Shown here in pieces: positions 44,218 to 52,922 of a stretch of 64,000 nucleotides of DNA; within the stretch, counting starts at the first letter, position 1; each line of letters begins with the position of its first letter. The notes under the pieces were generated by a model. It saw only the letters and a program-made list of their open reading frames with translations. It had not been told where the DNA came from and did not search any database. The stretch is from Bacillota bacterium. GTDB taxonomy: Bacteria; Bacillota; Clostridia; Christensenellales; Borkfalkiaceae. Location: assembly GCA_019423125.1 (NCBI GenBank), contig JAHZBZ010000006.1:42404-106403 (forward strand), read 5' to 3'. Position numbers and translations under genes: made by a program.

Positions 44218-45297
44218 ATGGCAAAGATACTTTTACACGGAACGGAGGCGATCTGCGAGGGCGCGATGCGCAACGGCTGCCGCGCGTTTTTCGGCTATCC
44301 CATCACCCCGCAGAACGAGGTCCCCGAATACATGTCCGTCAAACTGCCGCTCATCGGCGGCACCTTTGTGCAGGCGGAGTCCGAAGTCGCCGCGATCAAC
44401 ATGGTCTACGGCGCGGCGGGCGCGGGCATCCGCGCGATGACGAGCTCTTCCAGCCCCGGCGTCAGCCTCAAACAGGAGGGCATCTCCTACATCGCGTGCG
44501 CGCGCATTCCCTGCGTCATCGTCAACATCATGCGCGCAGGCCCCGGTTTAGGCGGCATCCTGCCCGCGCAGGGGGATTACTTCCAGGCGACCAAGGGCGG
44601 CGGCCACGGCGACTATCACCTGATCGTCCTCGCGCCCTCCTCGGTGCAGGAGGCGTGCGACTTCACCTACCGCGCGTTCGACCTCGCGGACAAATACCGC
44701 GTCCCCGCGATGATCCTCGCGGACGGCATGATCGGCCAGCTCATGGAGCCCGTCGAACTCCCGCCCATGCGCGATCTGCGCGAGATCCCCGAAAAGGATT
44801 GGGCGACCAGCGGTCACTACGGCAAGGACAGGCGTGTGCTCAACTCCCTGCTCATCAAGCCCGAAGTGCTCGAACCGCACGTCAACGAATTGCAGCGCGT
44901 CTATGACGAGATCTACCGCAACGAGCGCCGCGCGGCCTCTTACCGCACGGAGGACGCGGAGATCGTCCTCACTGCATACGGCACCGTCGCGCGCATCTGC
45001 AAGAGCGCGGTCAACAAACTGCGCGAGCGCGGCATCCGCGCCGGCTGCATCCGCCCGATCACCCTGTATCCCTTCCCCGACGATGCTTACATCGCCTGCT
45101 GTGAGACCGCGAAGGTCTTTCTCAGCGTCGAGCTCTCGCTCGGACAGATGGTGGAGGACGTGCGCCTCGCGGTCAACGGCAGGGTGCCCGTGCGTTTCTA
45201 CGGCAGGACGGGCGGAAACGTGCCTGACGAGGACGAGATCGTCGAGGCGGCGGTCCGCGCGCTCGAAGAGGTCAAAGCGGAGGGTTCTCGCAAATGA
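44218..45297 (+). CDS. 2-oxoacid:ferredoxin oxidoreductase alpha subunit (KorA/VorB-like)
   Basis: [27 protein letters not shown] and the typical alpha-subunit length. Position in a delta-alpha-beta-gamma operon. Confidence 0.9.
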   Translation: MAKILLHGTEAICEGAMRNGCRAFFGYPITPQNEVPEYMSVKLPLIGGTFVQAESEVAAINMVYGAAGAGIRAMTSSSSPGVSLKQEGISYIACARIPCVIVNIMRAGPGLGGILPAQGDYFQATKGGGHGDYHLIVLAPSSVQEACDFTYRAFDLADKYRVPAMILADGMIGQLMEPVELPPMRDLREIPEKDWATSGHYGKDRRVLNSLLIKPEVLEPHVNELQRVYDEIYRNERRAASYRTEDAEIVLTAYGTVARICKSAVNKLRERGIRAGCIRPITLYPFPDDAYIACCETAKVFLSVELSLGQMVEDVRLAVNGRVPVRFYGRTGGNVPDEDEIVEAAVRALEEVKAEGSRK

Positions 45298-46040
45298 AAG
45301 TGTTTAAGAAGACGCAGATGCTGACGGACGCCCACATGCACTATTGCCCCGGCTGCACGCACGGCATCGTGCACAGGCTGGTCGCGGAGAGCATCGAAGA
45401 GCTCGGACTTCAGGAAAAATGCATCGGCATCGCGCCCGTCGGCTGCGCGGTGTTCGCGTACGATTATTTCAACTGCGACATGCAGGAGGCGGCGCACGGC
45501 CGCGCGCCCGCGGTCGCGACGGGCATCAAGCGCTGTCTGCCCGACCGCACGGTGTTCGTCTACCAGGGCGACGGCGACCTCGCTTCCATCGGCATGGCGG
45601 AAACGGTGCACGCGGCGGCGCGCGGCGAGCACATCACCATCATCTTCATCAACAACAGCATCTACGGCATGACGGGCGGCCAGATGGCGCCCACCACGCT
45701 CATCGGCCAGAAGGCGACCACCTGTCAGAACGGCCGCGATCCCGCAGTCAACGGCTATCCCATCCGCATCTGCGAGCTGCTGTCCACGCTGGACGCGCCT
45801 TATTACATCGAGCGCGTCTCCACGCACGACGTCAAACACGTCCTCGCGGCGAAAAAGGCGATCAAAAAGGCGCTCCGCTTCCAGTCGGAGGGGCGCGGGT
45901 ATACCTTTGTCGAGGTGCTCGTTTCCTGCCCGACCAACTGGCACATGGCGCCCGTAGACGCGCTCCGCTTCATGGGCGAAGAGTGCACAAAGACTTTCCC
46001 TCTCGGCGTGTTCCGCGACAAGTCGGCAGGGGAGAACTGA
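45294..46040 (+). CDS. 2-oxoacid:ferredoxin oxidoreductase beta subunit (TPP-binding)
   Basis: [12 protein letters not shown]...[14 protein letters not shown]-binding motif. Confidence 0.9.
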   Translation: MKVFKKTQMLTDAHMHYCPGCTHGIVHRLVAESIEELGLQEKCIGIAPVGCAVFAYDYFNCDMQEAAHGRAPAVATGIKRCLPDRTVFVYQGDGDLASIGMAETVHAAARGEHITIIFINNSIYGMTGGQMAPTTLIGQKATTCQNGRDPAVNGYPIRICELLSTLDAPYYIERVSTHDVKHVLAAKKAIKKALRFQSEGRGYTFVEVLVSCPTNWHMAPVDALRFMGEECTKTFPLGVFRDKSAGEN

Positions 46041-46058
46041 GCGAGGAGGAAAGAGAAC

Positions 46059-46595
46059 ATGATCCGTATTTTATTGGCGGGCCAGGGCGGCCAGGGCGTG
46101 CTCAGCGCGGGGAAATTCCTCGCCGAGAGCGGACTGCACGAGGGCAAGGAGGTCTCCTATCTCCCCGCGTACGGCCCCGAAATGCGCGGCGGCACCGCGA
46201 ACTGTTCGGTCATCATCGCCGAGGAGGAGATCGCGTCGCCCCTCTGCAACAACCCCGACGTGCTCATCGCGCTCAACGGTCCCAGCTTTCATAAATTTGC
46301 GCCCCGCGTGAAGAGCGGCGGCATCATCCTCGTCAACGGCTCCGTTTCCGACTGCTATGCGGGGCGTGACGACGTGCGCATCTGCGACGTCGCCGCAGGC
46401 GACATCGCCCTCGAGGCGGGCGACGTACGCTCGGCGAACATGGTCATGCTCGGCGCGTTCATCGCGCTCACGGGCGCCGTCAAGGAGCGCAGTATCTTCA
46501 ACTGCCTGAACGAAAAGTTCGTCGGCAAGCCGCATGTACTCGATTGCAACCGCGCCGCTTTCGAAGCCGGCGTTGCCGCGGTCAAAAAGAGCTGA
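46059..46595 (+). CDS. 2-oxoacid:ferredoxin oxidoreductase gamma subunit
   Basis: LLAGQGGQGVLSAGKFLA...YGPEMRGGTANC. Confidence 0.9.
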   Translation: MIRILLAGQGGQGVLSAGKFLAESGLHEGKEVSYLPAYGPEMRGGTANCSVIIAEEEIASPLCNNPDVLIALNGPSFHKFAPRVKSGGIILVNGSVSDCYAGRDDVRICDVAAGDIALEAGDVRSANMVMLGAFIALTGAVKERSIFNCLNEKFVGKPHVLDCNRAAFEAGVAAVKKS

Positions 46596-46634
46596 ATTAC
46601 TGCTCCGGCGGCAAAGGAAAAATGTTCAGGGAAA

Positions 46635-46662
46635 AACCGTCCGTTTTTTCGGGCGGTTTTTT
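46635..46662 (+). terminator. Intrinsic terminator after the oxidoreductase operon
   Basis: AACCGTCCG-TTTTTT-CGGGCGGTT followed by TTTT. Confidence 0.75.
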
Positions 46663-46671
46663 ATCGTTTGA

Positions 46672-46700
46672 TTGCATTTGAGCGGAAACGGTGCTATAAT
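46672..46700 (+). promoter_or_regulatory. Sigma-70-like promoter (extended -10) of the lipoprotein gene
   Basis: TTGCAT (46672-46677), 17-nt spacer, TGcTATAAT (-10 at 46695-46700). Confidence 0.55.
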
Positions 46701-46813
46701 ATAGCCAATCCCATGCAGCTGCAGCTGCGGATTTTTGAACCAAAAATCCGTGTACGTTTATCGGAAAACGGTATAAAGGCGCACTGCATGGCGAAAAAGG
46801 AGGAAGTGCAGGA

Positions 46814-47572
46814 ATGAAAAAAGTGATCACAGGTATTCTGGCGGCGCTTCTGGCGCTGTCTGCGGGCGCGTTCTTCGCCGCCTGCGGCGGGGCTCCGGAT
46901 GAAGGGGACGACAACACCGATCCCACCGTCTACACAGTCACCGCCGAGGAATCGGATTTTTACGACGTGAACGGGCAAACGCGCTCTGCGACCGCGGGCA
47001 GCGCGGCATATGTCGCAATTGAACCGCAGTTTGACGCGGTCAGCATCGACAAGGTTCTTTTCAACGGGCAGGAATGCACGGAGAGCGCAACCGAGGCGAA
47101 CCGCTACGAATTCACCATGCCAGCGGCAAACGTCGAAATCACCGTCGAATACAGCTTTACCGACAACGAGTCGGATAACTTTTTGGAGTGGAACAGCGAA
47201 AATCCTTCCTCCTTTGTCATGACGACCGATGCGGAGGAAGAGCGGTACAATCCGCAATACGATACAAGCGGGAATCGGCTGACGGCGGATGTATTTAAGT
47301 CTCCGTCGCAATCGGGCGGCTATTTTTCCAGTCATGAGGAGACGGCGTTTTCCATGAATCAAGACGTCATCCCCGACGAAGCGTTGAGCGTTTCTGCTCT
47401 CCACGCAAACAGCAATTATCCGAACGATGCAACGGGATTTGAAGTCAGGATCGACCGTTCGAAAATCAGCGCCGGCACCGCGCAAATCGTGCTCCGCGTC
47501 GAAAACGAGCATAAATTCGGCGACGCGGCTCTGCTCGTCATCACCGTCGAAGTTACGGACGCGGCAGCTTAA
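46814..47572 (+). CDS. Hypothetical lipoprotein
   Basis: Lipobox GAFFAAC|GG. AAAGGAGG lies upstream. No family was recognised. Confidence 0.6.
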   Translation: MKKVITGILAALLALSAGAFFAACGGAPDEGDDNTDPTVYTVTAEESDFYDVNGQTRSATAGSAAYVAIEPQFDAVSIDKVLFNGQECTESATEANRYEFTMPAANVEITVEYSFTDNESDNFLEWNSENPSSFVMTTDAEEERYNPQYDTSGNRLTADVFKSPSQSGGYFSSHEETAFSMNQDVIPDEALSVSALHANSNYPNDATGFEVRIDRSKISAGTAQIVLRVENEHKFGDAALLVITVEVTDAAA

Positions 47573-47590
47573 ATTATCTAAAATTGACAA

Positions 47591-47625
47591 AAGGCTCTCC
47601 CTGCGGAGAGCCTTTTCTCTTTCTC
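47591..47625 (+). terminator. Intrinsic terminator
   Basis: AAGGCTCTCC-CTGC-GGAGAGCCTT followed by TTCTCTTTC. Confidence 0.7.
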
Positions 47626-47883
47626 GGGCGGGCAATTTTGTTGCCGCCTTTTTGCCAATCTCGCCTGCGGTTGCCTGCGGCGCGGTTTGTACGTCGTTCC
47701 GCCCGAGGCGTCGGCGCCGTGCAGCGGATCGCCGCCCGGGAGGAGGGGCGCGCAATGCCCCGTCCGTCCGGCTCCCGGCAAAGGTTCGCCGCCCTTGTGC
47801 GGCAGGGTATCCGTACCGCATGCCTCCCGCGGGGCAAGGGGAAGCCGTATAACGGAACGCTTTCGCTCCTTGCGCAAATAAAG

Positions 47884-48413
47884 AAAAACCCGAGCCGCCT
47901 AAAACAGCGCCTCGGGCATAGAATTTCGTATTCAGTTGTAGGGGAACCGATCAGACGGCATCTCTACGTTTACGCTATAATCAGCGCGGCAGCCTCCCGC
48001 CAGCTGTTCGCTCGGCTACGCCGCTATCATTTTCAGATTTACGTCTTTTAAGCCGTTCCCGTCCTAAAATCGTACATTGGACCGCCCTCCGTTTAAGCAA
48101 GTTTCCTCAGGTCGGATTTGTACATACAGTACCTCCCTTGCCCGTCTTGCGTGGAGCACCCCTCTCTTCGTGTCTTGCAGCACTCTTTTCCGATCGCCGT
48201 AGTGTGATGCGAAGAGACCGAATGTTCCCGCTCGATTGCCCTCGCAAAATTCTTTACCTTTCTCCTTTCCTTTTTACCCCTCGCGCCGATGTTCTTTGTG
48301 CACATTTCCTTAGGAAGAAACCGACGCAATCAAGTGTGTTGGGAGAGGGCAATTCTGCGTGCCGTCCGAGCTTGAGTCGTACCGAGGGAAAGATGGGATT
48401 TTTCCCTTAGGTC
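47884..48413 (-). ncRNA. Candidate large (~0.53 kb) structured noncoding RNA, class unassigned
   Basis: Bounded by a consensus promoter (48420-48447) and an intrinsic terminator (47884-47916). GC is about 50% against about 65% in the flanks. No credible ORF in any frame. Long-range complementary segments are present. See the findings. Confidence 0.5.
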
Positions 48414-48419
48414 ACTTTT

Positions 48420-48447
48420 ATTATACCATGCTTTTCCGTTTTGTCAA
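48420..48447 (-). promoter_or_regulatory. Consensus sigma-70 promoter driving the ncRNA candidate
   Basis: On the minus strand: TTGACA (48447-48442), 16-nt spacer, TATAAT (48425-48420). An A/T-rich tract lies immediately upstream (48448-48480). Confidence 0.65.
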
Positions 48448-48494
48448 GGGGGAAATGTGAAAAAAATTAAAATTTTTTGTGAAAAACTCACGGC

Positions 48495-49694
48495 TTATCG
48501 CAGGGTGTCGAAGCGGATGTCAAAGGCGGGGCGAAGCCCCTGCGGCAACAGGTCCTTCACTTCATTATATGCGCGCGGGTGAAAGCGGTGCAGCTTTTGC
48601 GCCGCGTCGAACAGGTCGCATCCCGCCGCCGACGCCTTTTCCAATACGGAAGAAAGAAGCGCTTTGAACTTTTCTTCGGCGGCGCGCAGTACATGTTCGG
48701 GCACGATCGAAGTCTCGGCGATCTCCACGAGGCTCGCGCTCTTGTTCGCGTCGGTGACCTGTGCCGCAACGCGGATGCGGAAGGTCAGGCGGGGCACGCC
48801 GCCCGGCGCGTCCGCCTTCACGCTCCGCTTTTTGATCTTCATCTTGAGCGAATAGGTCACTTCCTCTCCCTCTTCAAGGACGGTCACCTTTCCCTCCGCG
48901 AGGTCGGTGGGGGAGCAGGCGAGGTTGAACGCGAGCGTCTCCTCGTCGTCGAGCACGGCGGCGCGCTTTCCGCCCGCGAACAGCATCGTCCTTGCGGCGT
49001 CGATGATCTCCTCCCCGTTTTTTTGTCCCTGCGCCTGTCCGCCTTCCTGCGCGGCGGCTGCGACCCCGCCGCTCTGCGGCGCGCCGCTGTCCCCGCTCGC
49101 TTCCTGTTTTGCGGCGAGAAAGGGCAAAAATCCGCTTCTCCCCTCCGAAAAATACCCCTTGGTGAAGTCTCTCAGGTTGATCGCGGTGATCCTGCCCGTC
49201 TTCTGCGCCTCGTCCGAGAGCACCTTTGTCACCGCGGAAGAGGTGAGATCCCCCGCGGGCGTCTTTGCGGAAAACAGCTCCTTTGCCGTGCCGCTGCACA
49301 CCGCGACGAGGCAGGAATCCTCCACAAATTCACTTCGCAGGAAATAATCGAGCACGGTGAACACGTCCTTTTCCGCCGTCTGCTCTCCGAGCAGGATGAG
49401 CCTGCAATGCACGAGGGTCGGGTACCACCCCGTCCGCCTGTTGAGCTCGGCGATCGCCTCGCCCATCGTCGCCGCGCCCTCGACGGTCACGTTGCTCGCG
49501 CCGCCTGTTCCGCTCGAATCGGGAACTGCGATCTGCGCGGTGACGTCCAGCCCGCCCTCTTCCGCCGCGTCGATCCCGATCGCGGTTACGATGGAGGTGC
49601 TGTGGATGTCGATGAGCCCGAAGTCGTTGGTGAAAAACAACAGCAGCAGAAACGCCGCGAAGAAGGCAACTGCCTTGCTGAACACTCTACGCAT
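48495..49694 (-). CDS. Ger(x)C family spore germination lipoprotein
   Basis: N-terminal signal, then FGLIDIHSTSIVTAIGID typical of GerAC/GerKC. Third gene of a ger operon. AAGGGAGGAAG lies upstream of the ATG at 49694. Confidence 0.85.
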   Translation of the reverse strand: MRRVFSKAVAFFAAFLLLLFFTNDFGLIDIHSTSIVTAIGIDAAEEGGLDVTAQIAVPDSSGTGGASNVTVEGAATMGEAIAELNRRTGWYPTLVHCRLILLGEQTAEKDVFTVLDYFLRSEFVEDSCLVAVCSGTAKELFSAKTPAGDLTSSAVTKVLSDEAQKTGRITAINLRDFTKGYFSEGRSGFLPFLAAKQEASGDSGAPQSGGVAAAAQEGGQAQGQKNGEEIIDAARTMLFAGGKRAAVLDDEETLAFNLACSPTDLAEGKVTVLEEGEEVTYSLKMKIKKRSVKADAPGGVPRLTFRIRVAAQVTDANKSASLVEIAETSIVPEHVLRAAEEKFKALLSSVLEKASAAGCDLFDAAQKLHRFHPRAYNEVKDLLPQGLRPAFDIRFDTLR

Positions 49695-50763
49695 TTTTCT
49701 TCCTCCCTTTCGCGAATGCGAAGAGGGCGGCGAGCGCGGGCAGAAGGTAGGCAAACAGCAGCGGCAGGAACCACAGCCGTTCGATCACGATCTGTTGCAA
49801 TTCGCGGTATGCGCCGCTGAAGAAAACGCTCGCCGCGAGCAGCGCTCCGTTGAGCAGGAGCGCGGGCACGAGCGGCTTGCACCCGATCGCCGATTTTGCG
49901 CAGTGCACGCTCAGCTGCATGGGCAGGCACGCCGCAAAGGAGAGCACGAGCGAGAGCGCATACACGAAGAGCAGGTCGATCCTGCCCAGCGAAGTGAACG
50001 CGGTCGTGTATTTTGCCGTCTGCGAGAGCGCGTATTGCTGGCTGAGCGACGTCTGCGCATAGATCCCGTAAAAGCACCCGAGAAAGAGCAGGGTCGCCGC
50101 CGCGCCGACGGCGTATCCCGCCGCGAGCTTTGCCGCGTCCCCCTTTTTCCGCTCGAAATGCCCGAGGAAAAAGAGCGGGTACAGGCAGTTCGCGTATTTT
50201 TCGATGCCGAACAGTCCGCCCTTGGCGATGCCCTCCGCGCCCGCGCCGCCCAGCGGCAGCAGCGCCGAGAAGTCCGCTTCGGGCAGGGAGAGCAGGAGAA
50301 GGGCGGAAAAGCAGAGCGCGAAGACGGGCAGAGACAGGTCCGCCGCCCGCCCGACGGCGCAAAATCCCTTCGTGCAGGCGTACAGGCTCACCGCGAAAAA
50401 GGGGATGAAGGAGAAAAGGGAGGGCACGTTCTCGTAAAAGGCGTGCAGGACAAAGATCTTCTGTTCGAGCAGGGGAAAGAAGGATGCCCATGCGAAATAC
50501 AGACAGAAGAGCAGATAGACGGCGCGCGCGAACGGCCGCCCGACGCCCTGTTCCAGAAGTCCGAACAGCGTCTTGTCCGTGCGTTTGGACATCGCAAACA
50601 CGAGCGCGAGCATCCCGCCCTCGAGCGCGATGCACGCCGCCGCCGAAAACAGAAGGTCGTTCCCCGCATAGTAGGCGAGGGTGGACGGGTATACGAGAAA
50701 GCGCGTCGCGGGGAGCACGACGGCGTAGAGCAGGGCGATCTGCCGCACGTTGATCTTATCCAT
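49687..50763 (-). CDS. Spore germination protein, GerAB/GerKB-type (APC-like permease)
   Basis: MDKINVRQIALLYAVV start, about 10 TM segments. Overlaps both neighbouring ger genes. Confidence 0.8.
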   Translation of the reverse strand: MDKINVRQIALLYAVVLPATRFLVYPSTLAYYAGNDLLFSAAACIALEGGMLALVFAMSKRTDKTLFGLLEQGVGRPFARAVYLLFCLYFAWASFFPLLEQKIFVLHAFYENVPSLFSFIPFFAVSLYACTKGFCAVGRAADLSLPVFALCFSALLLLSLPEADFSALLPLGGAGAEGIAKGGLFGIEKYANCLYPLFFLGHFERKKGDAAKLAAGYAVGAAATLLFLGCFYGIYAQTSLSQQYALSQTAKYTTAFTSLGRIDLLFVYALSLVLSFAACLPMQLSVHCAKSAIGCKPLVPALLLNGALLAASVFFSGAYRELQQIVIERLWFLPLLFAYLLPALAALFAFAKGRKKNA

Positions 50764-52246
50764 GAGACCCCTCCTTTTTGAGCCTGCGCCTGTTCTTTCC
50801 GCGGAAGACCGCGGGGCGGGTGTCCAGCGCATAGAGATCCGCTTTGTAGAGCGAGTCGCGCAGGTCTTTGCCGATGAGCGGCGAAAAGGGCGCGAGCAGG
50901 GGCGTGCCGTAGCTGTCCTCGGAGATCAGGATCCAGAGGATGAGCGCGGCGAGCAGTACGATGCCGTAGGTGCCGATGCTCCCCGCGACCACGATGAAGG
51001 CGAGGCGGAGCATGGACAGGGTGCCCGTCAGGTCGGGCACGGTGTATGCCGAGATTCCCGAGAGCGCGACGATGATGATCGCGGGCGAGGAGACCAGCCC
51101 CGCCTTGACCGCCGTGTCGCCGAGCACGAGCGCTCCGATGACGGACAGCGCGAGCGCGACGTATTTTGGCATGCGCACGCTCGCCTCGATGAGGATCTCG
51201 AGCACCACGAGCAGGAAAAACAGCTCGAGGCTGGGCGAGAGGGGGATGTCGCGGATGCCGCCCGAGATGGTCATGAGCAGGGCGAAGGGCAGGATCTGCA
51301 GTTTGAACAGCTGAGCGGCGATGTAAAAGGCGGGCAAAAGCAGGGAAAAGAGCACCGCGCACAGCCGCAGGGCGCGCGAGAGCGTCGCCCGCCAAGGCGA
51401 GACGAAATAGTCCTGCGCGCTCTGAAAATCCTCCGCGAGCATGTAGGGCAGGGTGAGGGCGATGGGCGAGCCGTCCGTCAGCACGGCGACGCGCCCCTCG
51501 AGCAGTTTTGCGCACAGCACGTCCGGCTTTTCCGTCGTCCCGATCTGCTTGAACAGCGAGAAGGGGCGGTCCGCGAGGAATTTCGCGACGTAGGAGGAGT
51601 CGGGGATGCCGTCGATCTGCACCGCGCCCAGCTTTTCCTGCACCTTTTTCACCAGCTTTTCGTCCGCGATGCCTTCGAGGTACGCGACGCAGACGAACGT
51701 TCGGCTCTCCCTGCCCGACTCGCTGAGCAGAAAGCGCAGTCGCGGCGTCTTGAGCCGCTTGCGGATGAGCGCCATGTTCGTCTTGACGTCCTCGATGAAC
51801 CCCTCGCGCGGGCCCTTGACGGTGACGGAGGTCTGCGGCTCGGTGATCGCGCGCATGGACACCCGTTTCGTGCCGCACACGATGCCCCCTTCGGCGCCGT
51901 CGAGAAAGAGCACGGGGTTCCCCGCGAGCACTTCGGCGGCGGCCTCGTCCGCGTCGTCGCATTCCCTGCATTCGGGGAAGAGGAGCGTCCGCATCGCCTC
52001 CGCGCGGCTCTTCGGCGCGTCCTGCGCCGCGAGCGGCCGCGCGATCAGCTCGCCGAGCAGCTGTTTGTCCGTGATCCCGTCCGTGTACACGGTGACGCAC
52101 GCCGCGCCGTCGCGGGTCGCGAACGCGAAGGTCAGCACGTCCTCCGCGGGCAGGATCTGTTTGAGCGTGCGCGCGTTTTCGCGCGCATCTTTTCCGAAAA
52201 TTGCCTTTTCCACGCCGAGAGTTTGTGCAAAACGCGGAAAAATCAT
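50756..52246 (-). CDS. Spore germination protein, GerA(A) family
   Basis: The conserved core GIPDSSYVAKF...SPIALTLPYM... is followed by C-terminal TM segments. The N-terminal boundary is uncertain: the ATG at 52246 has no SD. Confidence 0.8.
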   Translation of the reverse strand: MIFPRFAQTLGVEKAIFGKDARENARTLKQILPAEDVLTFAFATRDGAACVTVYTDGITDKQLLGELIARPLAAQDAPKSRAEAMRTLLFPECRECDDADEAAAEVLAGNPVLFLDGAEGGIVCGTKRVSMRAITEPQTSVTVKGPREGFIEDVKTNMALIRKRLKTPRLRFLLSESGRESRTFVCVAYLEGIADEKLVKKVQEKLGAVQIDGIPDSSYVAKFLADRPFSLFKQIGTTEKPDVLCAKLLEGRVAVLTDGSPIALTLPYMLAEDFQSAQDYFVSPWRATLSRALRLCAVLFSLLLPAFYIAAQLFKLQILPFALLMTISGGIRDIPLSPSLELFFLLVVLEILIEASVRMPKYVALALSVIGALVLGDTAVKAGLVSSPAIIIVALSGISAYTVPDLTGTLSMLRLAFIVVAGSIGTYGIVLLAALILWILISEDSYGTPLLAPFSPLIGKDLRDSLYKADLYALDTRPAVFRGKNRRRLKKEGSHG

Positions 52247-52248
52247 GC

Positions 52249-52287
52249 AAAAAAACAAACGGCCCCGCGCGATCTCGCGCGGGGCCG
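52249..52287 (-). terminator. Intrinsic terminator of the upstream minus-strand gene
   Basis: CGGCCCCGCGCG-AT-CTCGCGCGGGGCCG palindrome, followed on the minus strand by TTTGTTTTTTT. Confidence 0.75.
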
Positions 52288-52302
52288 TGCCCGAGGAAAA
52301 AC

Positions 52303-52782
52303 TCAGAGTGCGGAGAGCGTCTTTTCGAGCAGGGGCGCGACGGCGTCCGCCGCCTCCCCGCCGATGTGCTCTTCCAGGCGCTGTCTGCCCAGCGCGGCGT
52401 CCTCGGCATAGGCGTCGGCGATGTTCTTTGCCTCCTCTTCGGAAAGGGCGGCATACGCCTGCGTCAGCGCGAGCACGCACGCGGTACGCACGTCCGTCTG
52501 CTTTGCGTCCGTCTGCCCGAACACCACCTGTACCACCGTCGCGAGCGACCCGCAGGTGACGCCCTTTGCGACGACTTCCGCGTCGAACGTACCCGTCGCG
52601 GCGGCATATGCCGCATACAGCGCGATGCCGAGCAGGAAGGGCATAAGCCCCGCCGTGCGCGCGCCGAGCTGCCGAAACAGCGTCTTGCGCAGGAGAAGGG
52701 AGAGCCCCCACACGGCGAAGCCGATCAGGATGACGTCCGCGTTGAACTGCTTGAGATAGTTGAAAAACTGAAACACGTCCAC
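52303..52782 (-). CDS. Hypothetical membrane protein (GTG start)
   Basis: 159 aa with 2-3 TM segments and an Ala/Glu-rich tail. No family was recognised. Confidence 0.45.
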   Translation of the reverse strand: MDVFQFFNYLKQFNADVILIGFAVWGLSLLLRKTLFRQLGARTAGLMPFLLGIALYAAYAAATGTFDAEVVAKGVTCGSLATVVQVVFGQTDAKQTDVRTACVLALTQAYAALSEEEAKNIADAYAEDAALGRQRLEEHIGGEAADAVAPLLEKTLSAL

Positions 52783-52922
52783 TGCAACCGCCTTTTCGTG
52801 ACAAAAGCGGCGGCGCGCGCAAAACTGCGCGCGCCGCCGCCCGTCCGATGATTGAATTTTTCCCGCCGCAATACCATTGTACTATAAAACTGCGGCGCGT
52901 TCCAGTTTTTCTGCCACTTTTT

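Noticed and set aside
47884-48413. Assignment of the ncRNA candidate to RNase P RNA, tmRNA, SRP RNA or 6S RNA
   Set aside because: There is no GAGGAAAGUCC / ACAGAA...GGCUUA (RNase P P4) pair; the only GAGGAAA is followed by CUUGCUUA. There is no tRNA-like acceptor/T-arm 3' end and no Ala-rich tag frame (tmRNA). There is no SRP domain IV motif. The length is far above 6S. It is kept as an unclassified candidate rather than forced into a family.
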